Shown here piece after piece: positions 54,589 to 64,000 of a stretch of 64,000 nt of DNA. Source of the stretch: Octopus vulgaris (lineage: Eukaryota); contig OX597814.1 in the NCBI GenBank assembly GCA_951406725.2, positions 143,344,001 through 143,408,000 on the forward strand, written 5' to 3'. Within the stretch, counting starts at the first letter, position 1. Each line of letters begins with the position of its first letter. The notes below the pieces were generated by a model that was not told the DNA's origin, searched no databases, and saw nothing but the letters and a program-made list of their open reading frames with translations. Both the position numbers and the translations under genes were made by a program.

Positions 54589-54701
54589 GGATACATATAT
54601 ATATACATGCATATATATATGCATATATATGCATACATATATATACATATATATACACATACATATATATATACATATATATATATATATACATATGTAT
54701 A

Positions 54702-54736
<35 letters not shown>

Positions 54737-55625
54737 GTTAATAAAATATATGCATATATATAAACATATATGTACGTACCTACCTCTACATGTACATATA
54801 CACGCATATATGTGTACAGGACACCAAAAGGACGTCGAACACATAGAGAGACGAAAAACATAGACACAAACCAAGGAACAAGACAAGCAAAAAAAGGAGA
54901 TACAGGACAATAAGCACAACGAAAAATCCCCTTCTTCAGTCGCTAAAGTTTCATCTACTAAACGTTTCAAAGGATAAAAGCGAGACGTATACTTCGAATG
55001 AAAAATTCCTTCCTGCGAAAAGCAAATCAATTAAAATTCTGAGATCTTGTCGCAGAGGGGTAAAAAAAGCAAGACGGTAACGACAGTACAAACATATAAA
55101 CAGTAAAAAATATATATATAAACAGTGGAAAAATAAATATATAACAGTGAGAGACAGGACAAGGAGAACAAGATAAGAAGGGCTGTTAACGCCAGACGAA
55201 AAAAGTATTGCAAACGCTGGATTATAGTGGACGACGAGAGAGGAAGATGTCGACCAGTGGCCTTAGAAGGCAGGTGAGAAAAGACGGGATAGCAGTTACG
55301 ACGGAAGTTCGTCGCAGATGGACGACGGGAATGGGGGAGAAGGAGCAAGAGGAAGAGAGAGAAGAAGGGGAATGGTGCGAGGAGACCATGAAGAACAGTA
55401 GGGGGAGAGAGAGAGGAAGAGACAAGTTAAGTGAGGGAAAAAAGACGAGAAAGGGAATGGGAGAGAAAGAAAGAAAGATGCAGAGTCGCGTGAGAGTTAA
55501 TATCAAGGCGAACTTGATAAACAGAACAATCTTACTTAATAGGGTGCGTGCGTTTAGTCGTATAATATGTTAATAAAATATATGCATATATATAAACATA
55601 TATGTACGTACCTACCTCTACATAC
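54737..55625 (-). mobile_element. Family E element with its terminus repeated directly at 55565-55625
   Basis: Reverse complement of 32640-33372; gttaataaaatatatgcatatatataaacatatatgtacgtacctacctctaca occurs twice. Confidence 0.7.
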
Positions 55626-55827
55626 ATACATATATATACATATATACATATATATAAATATATATAGATACATATATATATACGTACATATTTATATGTA
55701 CATATATGCATACATATATATATATATATACATACATACCTACATACATATAAATAAATATATATATATATATATATACATACCTACATACATATAAATA
55801 TATATATATATATACATACCTACATAC

Positions 55828-55960
<133 letters not shown>

Positions 55961-56089
55961 TAGATATATATACATAAACACATGTATATAATTTTGCTAA
56001 CTTTGATAGCTTTCGGCCAATATAGGCCCAGGCCATGTCTAACTCAATAGCACCACCTGGTGAAGTCTGTTAGTCATATATGGGACACG

Positions 56090-56480
56090 ATAGCCCACTC
56101 TAACAAAGAGTTTTTATTATTGGAGACGTATCCGGGTGTAGTTGATTGGGCTGGGACTTTTTGAAGACATTTGTTCAGTGAACATTTGAATTTTATTGCA
56201 TCCGTTTCCGTTTTGATGCATTTTAGCATGGTATTAAAGGGAGCTGGACCGGTGAAGACAAAGTAATTGTGACGTAATGTTCCTATGTGTACCGAGTTCG
56301 ATTTTCGTAGTGGACGGATAGTACAGCGGCCAATAATTAATGCCTCTCATGCCGTCAATCTGTCTTGTTATGAACCTCTGGAGTGCTTCTACTTTCATAA
56401 TGAGTTGCTTTGTATGGGAGGTGGGTACAGTGGGCAACAGTACTCAAGTTGGGGTCGAGCAAACATTCTACATTGAGAAT
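56090..56480 (-). mobile_element. CR1-like LINE 3' fragment
   Basis: RPQLEYCCPL; KVEALQRFITRQIDGMRGINYW; FKCSLNKCLQK..TPGYVSNNKNSLLEW. Confidence 0.7.
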
Positions 56481-56742
56481 CTTTGCAGATGATTCCAAAT
56501 ACCAGAAAGCCATGAAGTACATGAGAGACCGAACATACATACATACAAACAAAAATACCATGTTGTTGATGTTCAAATTCCTGTGAAGGAACCCTGGATC
56601 TAGGTTAGAAACCGGTTCTTTATCTATTCACAAGAAATCTTCAAATAAACTGAATAATGGCATACAATACATACATACATACATACATACATACATACAT
56701 ACATACATACATACATACATACATACATACATACATACATAC

Positions 56743-56946
56743 GTGCACGACGACTGCAAATCAATTTCGTAGAATGCCAACGCTTGGTTGTTCTCTTCAG
56801 CAAGAGCTTTTCAAACCCGAGAGATCTATATCGTTCAGATGTGGCAACAGTGGGCAACTCTTGCAGTAGGTGTTACCATACTATTTTCGTCAAACTTTGT
56901 ATAACATTTCAGTCCGCCTCTTCGTCCACATTCTTTTTCATATTCC
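56743..56946 (-). pseudogene. Pseudo-exon, laminin-EGF-like
   Basis: Acceptor ctctacttgtAG and donor GTATGT; frameshifted pieces ECGRRGGLKC, YCKSC and RYRSLG...ICSR resemble the GGGVC..C..NT.G..CE.C...YR..G pattern of LE repeats. Confidence 0.45.
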
Positions 56947-57065
56947 CTACAAGTAGAGATACTCTATGTTGCTTTCTTAAATAATTCCATGTGTGCGGGT
57001 GAGCGGCTTCTCTGAAGATTTATAAAGCCTGCCTTACTTAGACATGCCCACACTCAGGTACTTAC

Positions 57066-57227
57066 ATTATAAATTCTGTACCAATTCCATTTGTCTTCTT
57101 GCGTCAAACTGCTACTTTACAAGAATGGAAGCAACGCAATTTCAGCTGACAAACGCAGTTACACGAATACACAGGCACGCGCGCACGCCCCCTCCATACA
57201 CACAGTGCAAGGTGCATCGCAGGACAA
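57066..57227 (-). pseudogene. Pseudo-exon, laminin-EGF-like
   Basis: Flanked by tgacAG and GTAAGT; Cys-rich (PVYSCNC...LLPF) with stops and frameshifts. Confidence 0.4.
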
Positions 57228-57394
57228 CTGTCAATATATTATTCTCTTGAGGATAGAAAAACACAAGAAATAAGACGTGCTGTCTGTGTTGCAAACAAAG
57301 AAGAACTGGGGTTGATTTATTCGACTAAAATCCTTCAAGGCGGTGTTTCAGCATGGCTGCTGTCCAATGACTGAAGTAAGTAAACGATAAAAGA

Positions 57395-58325
57395 TATGTG
57401 CGGGACATACCTATTTAGAAATTGCCAACTTTCTAAATACTGCATGATTTTTAGTACAAAAAGTTCGAATGTAATTGGTAGACTCTAGCAGGTATGCTTC
57501 AATTGAATTAAAGAGAAAGGAACATTCTTGATGTTTGGGAACGTTAATTATTCAACAAACATTCAAAACATCATCGATAACGATTCCGGAAAATCAATGA
57601 AGACCACTTCCAAAGAACCTCGGATGTCGAAGTGGACTGGCAAAACTATGATGCACGAGGACTCGATACAAGGATTCATATCTAAAGAGAGGCCAGTTTA
57701 TGTCTGTAAAGATATGAAAACCGTTCGATCCTCGCTAAGCGGTTATTTAACAAGGTTAAATATCGTCATTTAATGGTTCTACTCTGATGTGAAAAATTTG
57801 CATGAAAACCAAAAGTGTGGCAGGAGAAATGACAGATGATTAAGCATAGGTCATTCTGATGTCCCCAAAGAGATGCAAACTAAGTTTCTAGCAATTGTGA
57901 TGGTTTTAGGAGTAGTGAGTAATGGAGAACCCGTCAAGGCATCTCACACCTTTCCACAACGTCTTGGAATTAATGCTGCAGATTACATTGAGGTGCTGAG
58001 GATACTTATTAAGTACTGGTTGGATGAAGAATGATGTAGAAGGCTATACGAGCTTCAACAAGACTTTTAAATCCCATGGACTGCTACGTTTTGAGGGTTG
58101 TCGAAAGGGAAGCCAATCGACATCCGCACAATACCATAGCGTCACTAAGGCCGCTATTGTCCAGGTGATGTCCGAAATTAAGGACTATTTAGTACAGACA
58201 TTTCAACGATTCCCGTGTCATATTGAAGCAGTCATCGAAGTTAAAGAGTGATTCATAGAACTATTTTAGAAGAAAGCTTATCGAAAACATGTGCATAATA
58301 CTTTCATGAAAATATATTTGGCTTT
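57395..58325 (+). mobile_element. Decayed DD37D/maT (Tc1/mariner superfamily) transposon
   Basis: WFYSDVKN..NQK..RRNDR..MQTKFLAIVMVLGVVSN..HTFPQRLGINAADYIEVL..LQQD..VVEREANRHPHNT..IEAVIE. Confidence 0.8.
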
Positions 58326-58329
58326 TGTA

Positions 58330-58657
58330 TACTCTTTACTCTTTTACTTGTTTCAGTCATTTGACTGCGGCCATGCTGGAGCACTGCCTTTAGTCGAGCA
58401 ACTCGACCCCGGGACTTATTCTTTTGTAAGCCCAGTACTTATTCTATCGGTCTCTTTTGCCGAACCGCTAAGTAACGGGGACATAAACACACCAGCATCG
58501 GTTGTCAAGCAATGCTAGGGGGACAAACACAGACACACACACGCATATATATATACATATATACGACGGGCTTCTTTCAGTTTCCGTCTGCCAAATCCAC
58601 TCACAAGGCTTTGGTCGGCCCGAGGCTATAGTAGAAGACACTTACCCAAGGTGCCCA
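58330..58657 (-). mobile_element. SINE family A, 5'-truncated, young
   Basis: High identity to 32222-32630. Confidence 0.9.
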
Positions 58658-59289
58658 AGATATATTAGAATTATTTTATCAAATTACTTAAAATTTCTTC
58701 AAAATAACTCACGCTCCCTGTATATGTATACGAAGGCATATTGCCGGTTCTCGCATTCATTCATTCATTCATTCATTCATTCACAGAGTATTGTTCAACT
58801 CAGGGTTAAAATAAAAGACACTTGAACAGCTAGTAAAAGCATGGAAAAATATAACGCTATGAAATATGCGAACAGAAGACAATGTTACGTATTTCACAAC
58901 GTTATTTATTCATTATTTAAGTAAACGATAAATACACCACCTTTAAATATATTTATCTAGCAGAATCATTCTCCTGAAGATATCCAATATTTGCCGAACA
59001 AACAGTTTGTATTCCTTCCAGACAATTTGTTTAAATGCAAAATTAAGTTGACACACAAAGAATTCTTGCGATGCTTGATGAATTTCTTCTGTGGTTTTGA
59101 AATATATTTAAAATTATTTTATTTTTATCCATTATAATTCATCGTTCAAATATCTGTTCTGCGTATTTGCTTCTCTGAGTATCCCTTGGACGGAAGTCAC
59201 GTGCACAGACGGCATTGTAACTTTCACTTCCTGCTACTTTTTTCCCTCATTCCGTCCTTTTATTTCTTTGTTTCCTATTTTGTTTCATA

Positions 59290-59320
59290 CTCTCTTTCCT
59301 TCTTTCTTTCTTCCTTCTTT

Positions 59321-59391
<71 letters not shown>

Positions 59392-59392
59392 G

Positions 59393-59456
<64 letters not shown>

Positions 59457-59460
59457 TCCC
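59290..59460. repeat. (TTTC)n microsatellite
   Basis: Directly visible. Confidence 0.95.
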
Positions 59461-60724
59461 TACTTCTCTCTCTCTCTCTCTTATTGTATTTATCTTTTTC
59501 TTTTCTATCTCACTCTGCATGTCTGTGTCTGTCTGCCTGCTTGCTTGTTTCACATTCTCTTTCTCTCTCTCTCTCTCTCTGTCTGCCTGTCCTGCCCCCC
59601 TCTCTCTCAAGACACTCTTTGCATTAATTGTGTACCAACACAGGTCCTTTATATAGCTTTAAAGACAGACTCCTAAAGGTGGTGCTCCAGCATGGCCGCA
59701 GTCAAATGGCTGAAACAAATAAAAGAATAATCCTTCACAAGCAAGGAAGAAGGAGGACTGAGAACCATCAGTCAGTCCAACTGCCTGTTTTTACACACTT
59801 CTATCAGCAGACACTTTTCAGACATTTAGGTTAGTGCTAATATATTTAATGTGAGGATTATTAAACATAGCCCTATGCAAGGCATTAAACTGCATCCGGT
59901 GTTGAGATTCCAAGGGTATAGAGTTACCTGTTAGGCATCACTACCCTCAGATGCAGTCTGGTCCAGAATGGCGGTAGCTATCAAAGGTCCCAGTTATAGA
60001 AGAAAACAATCCTGTGACTGAGGCATAGAGGACTAAAGGAGGGGTTGGCACCCACATACTCACAGATGTTACGTGAATCAATCCCTCTCCCTATGGGCTA
60101 ATCAAGTCCTATGACCAAAGAGTAAGCTCGGGAGTGCAGGAGACAAAGAGTATTAACTGTAGAAAACCAGCATGGGGCAACGAGGAACCGCAGCTATGTC
60201 TTTCCTTAGATAAAAATTGCAAATTTTAGTATGGAAGTCCATTATCACCACTGCCTGTGGACATGACATGTAAAGAAAACAAAAAAAATGATTAAAAAGC
60301 TAAATAAAAACAATTATGTGATGAGTAAAGAAATAATATTAGATAATGACTAATGCCATTTTTAATTAGCTCAGCAAGAATATTATAAATATATATATAT
60401 TAATGATTTAATGAATAAATCATTACATTGGAGTCGAGAGTTTGGTGTGGTGCTTAAGCTGATAGACAGAGTACAGTAAATAAGGAATAAGAAACAAACA
60501 GATGGATATTAAAAAAGGTTAACAACACGTTGTACAGCTTGTACTGCATGCCGACAAAGCAAAGATACAGTTGCAACATATATTATGAAAACCTTCCTAT
60601 ACATGAACACCCGACAACAAAAACTAGAAGGTTTCTAAGCTTCAAAGATCACTGATGATCTCACATACAAACGACACACATACACACACACAATACAGTC
60701 ACACATATGTATATATATATATAT

Positions 60725-60806
60725 CTGTACCCATATATGCGTGTATATATACATGTAGAGGTAGGTACGTACATATATGTATATATATATGCATATGTTT
60801 TATTTA

Positions 60807-60812
<6 letters not shown>
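60725..60812 (+). mobile_element. Solo terminus of family E in (TA)n
   Basis: Near-identical to 33275-33362. Confidence 0.75.
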
Positions 60813-60893
<81 letters not shown>

Positions 60894-60943
60894 TTATATA
60901 TATATATATATACACATGCACACATACGTACAAATATCTTTCT

Positions 60944-61006
<63 letters not shown>

Positions 61007-61025
61007 CATATATATATATATACAT

Positions 61026-61084
<59 letters not shown>

Positions 61085-61324
61085 TACATATATACCTATA
61101 CACATATATTTACACACACACACACACACACATGCATACACATGTATATATTTATATACATATATACACATACATACATACATGCATACAAATATATATA
61201 TATATAAATATATATACATAAATACACACATTCAAACACACACATACGAGTGGATGTATGCCTGTGTGTTTGTTTGTTTGTCTGTACGTGTGTGCATGTG
61301 TGTGTACGTGTGTGTAACAGAATA

Positions 61325-61490
61325 TTGCCAAGTTCTGCATCTCAAAGGCTGTTTCATCTTCGTAGCCACAAAGAAAAAATCTTCAGCTCAATACTGGTAT
61401 ATTTCTCCCATATCTGAGTCAGTGTTGCTGCTCACGCAAAACAATATACGAAAACCAGCTGATTGGCGACGACTCACTCACTACGACACT
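61325..61490 (-). pseudogene. Pseudo-exon, laminin N-terminal (LN)-like
   Basis: Translates ...[18 protein letters not shown]..., resembling the LN-domain W-x-x-(W/Y)-Q-Y-(F/W)-A-x-(D/N)-C motif; TGA lies at a probable Trp. Confidence 0.4.
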
Positions 61491-63127
61491 GCAACCAGTG
61501 AGTCACACGGGCGTTTTTCTTTCATATATTACTATACTGCAGTGAATTTTGCTCTTTCAACTACTACAAACCATTAAGTACCATGACGTTTTACTCCTTT
61601 AAACTAGCTAACTTCATACAGTCTTTACCAAAGCCCGTCCGATGGACTTATTTTTCCTCCTCTTATACTTAAAAGAAATGTGTATCTTTAAATTGTTTGG
61701 TAGAAGGGGCTATGCACACGACCTCTAAGACGAGTGACATAGACTTGGTTAATTTTACTCCGGCAAGTTGCACGTTGACAACCGTGAGTAAATAATGGGT
61801 ATTGATATATTCAAAGAGTTGGCATTTTGTGTAAGACGAATGGCCGTAAGTTCCACTGTCAGATCAGACAAAATGGGCTCAATATAGGAGAAGAAACGAG
61901 TTTGAAGTTCTTCAGTGTGGGAGGAACGAGACGAGCCAGCTTCAAGGAACGGTGGCCACTACAACACAAAGGCGTAGTCTTTTCTCATCTCTTAGATCCT
62001 GCACCGCCCGTTCTTCAGTCAATGTTTCTCAGAACTGTCACCTTGGAATCAGCACTACTGAGTTACAAACGGTGAACACGTTGAACTACGTGTTGGACAC
62101 CAATTAAATCGACGTCATTAATTTAAAAGACCTACCAAGAGATCATTGATATCACCCCTGTTTCTCTGACGAATTTTCAAATTAAAATAACCAGCTTTTC
62201 CCATATCCACAGATCCTTTAGTTTCCTTCCTATTTTAAACAATATCGTATTACGTAGATTTACTGGAGAATGGATTACGTAAATGTAATAGATTTTTTAT
62301 TTGAATCACCGGTTGTTTTGAAACAATATGTTGAATAACAACGTGATTGTTATTGAGAACCAGTTGGAGAAGGATGGATTAATGAAGTAATAATGAAAGA
62401 GATAAAAACGGTTATTCTCAAAAGTAGATAAATAAAACAATATATACTTTATAAAATGCATATAACATTGTATGTTAACGAAGCTAGCATCCATAATAAA
62501 GAAATGCTGATTAAAAAATATAAAAAATACAGACACGTTTAAATTACGTAAGAAATAACATGGGTATTTTGGATTTGTCAACTGAGTCTTCGTAGAAAAC
62601 CTACAAAGACATACTAATAAAGCGGTTATCAACGTCTGAGATTATGAGGTTGAAGAGCTTCAATTGGATTTACAGCGGTTAGTGACTGAATTGGTAAAAG
62701 TTTCAGACAAAATAGCTTTCGGTGTTCAAATTCCGCCGAGATCAACAAAATCTTGTTTTTGTTTCAGCCTTCTGTAGTTGATAAACTAAAGTACCAGTTA
62801 AGAATTTGGATCGATATATTCAACAATGCCTCATAGCCCAAATTATGTGCCCTTGGGAAATGTTAAAGCGCATTATTATAAGTGGACCCACACACACCTA
62901 TATACGCAAATGAATATATATATATATGTACAATGTTGGTCGAAAAGTCACCTGACAGTAAATCAGAGCCATTTAATTCCAAGATTTATTTATGTTTAAC
63001 AACTGAATGAATTTAATAAAAGCATCTAAATATGAAACCTCATGAAAATTATGCACACTGAAGTCATTCGTGGGTGAGACCTTTTTCCATTCGAGTCAAT
63101 ACAGAATTACAGATAGTATTTAGGGAA

Positions 63128-63182
<55 letters not shown>

Positions 63183-63375
63183 AGATATAGATATATATCC
63201 ATATATATCCTTTTATTTTTTTACTTCAGTCATTAGACTGCAGCCAGACTGGGGCACTGTCTTTGAAGAATTTTTTTTCTTCTCAAACCCTGGTACTTAT
63301 TCTATCGACTTCTGTTGCCGAACTGCTAAGTTACGGGGATTTAAAGACACCAACAGTGGTTTTCAAGCGGTGGTG

Positions 63376-63404
<29 letters not shown>

Positions 63405-63406
<2 letters not shown>

Positions 63407-64000
63407 GTGGCGGCCAAAATGTTCAGAATGGCATTGTTTTCGTCAGAAAAGTAGATATCATTTTTGATCAAAGTTGTTTTATATTCTATAATTTTCACAG
63501 ACAATAAATACGATATTATTTGTTATTGCCTGAGATTTTGGTGTAATTTGAGAGGATAATACAAAAGTTATGGCTGATTTAGTGATTTACTGCAAAACTC
63601 ATGGCGGCCAAAATGATCAGAACGGTTGCTTTTACTCCGTATTTTAGTATATTTAACCGGCGAACTCTAATGTTTTGAATTTGTTTACGTGACGGTTCGT
63701 TTACTAAACATTAGTAGAATATTTGCAGTGTACTTTGTTAATATAATGCCACTTACTCCGTTACCAATTCGTCAGCAGATTATTAAGCTTCGAAGGAAGG
63801 ATAATTTAAGTATTGGATCTATTGCAAAGCTTGTTAACAAGTCAAAAAGTGTTGTACACGGTATTCTTAGGGTCTACGATGATTGTGGTTCGTGTGAAGC
63901 AAGAAAGTTTACAGGTAGGCCAAGAAAAACGACCAAGAGAGAAGATCGTGCTATGGTAAAGTTGCTTAAAAAGGACAGATTTAAAACTGCTGCTGTTGTT
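63405..64000 (+). mobile_element. Tc1-family DNA transposon, left end (IR/DR type), running off the window
   Basis: TA|CAGTGGCGGCCAAAATG terminus; internal direct repeat TGGCGGCCAAAATGATCAGAA at 63602-63622; inserted in the microsatellite of a SINE-A (63210-63400). Confidence 0.9.
63746..64000 (+). CDS. Tc1-like transposase N-terminus (HTH plus GRPR linker), open to the window end
   Basis: MPLTPLPIRQQIIKLRRKDNLSIGSIAKLVNKSKSVVHGILRVYDDCGSCEARKFTGRPRKTTKREDRAMVKLLKKDRFKTAAVV; no stop in 85 codons. Confidence 0.85.
   Translation, partial: MPLTPLPIRQQIIKLRRKDNLSIGSIAKLVNKSKSVVHGILRVYDDCGSCEARKFTGRPRKTTKREDRAMVKLLKKDRFKTAAVV

Noticed and set aside
59880-60230. GC-richer island resembling an old retroelement UTR or SINE
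   Set aside because: Single degraded copy here; cannot be classified
62306-62632. Hydrophobic 108-aa minus-strand ORF
   Set aside because: AT-rich compositional ORF with a non-ATG start and no motif

Overview
AT-rich, microsatellite-saturated eukaryotic DNA. The SINE families and repeat landscape suggest an octopus or other coleoid cephalopod (inference). Most ORFs in the supplied track are microsatellite artefacts, and I see no intact host gene. By translating the non-repeat islands on the minus strand by hand, I find about 20 decayed exons with stops and frameshifts, several still carrying splice sites. Read from high to low coordinate they give laminin N-terminal, laminin-EGF, FN3, laminin-G, FN3, Cys-Cys-rich repeats and more FN3. 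This matches the architecture of usherin (USH2A), so an unprocessed usherin-like pseudogene probably spans almost the whole window. Its introns, and some exons, are filled with mobile DNA: three tRNA-derived SINE families; R4/Dong-like, Tx1/L1, HERO-like, RTE and CR1-like LINE fragments; Penelope-like (GIY-YIG) fragments whose termini carry minimal type-I hammerhead ribozyme motifs and form fold-backs; two non-autonomous Helitrons; a decayed DD37D/maT transposon; and the apparently intact left end of an IR/DR Tc1 element. Several retroelement families each sit in their own microsatellite type. All domain calls are by-eye motif recognition and have not been searched.
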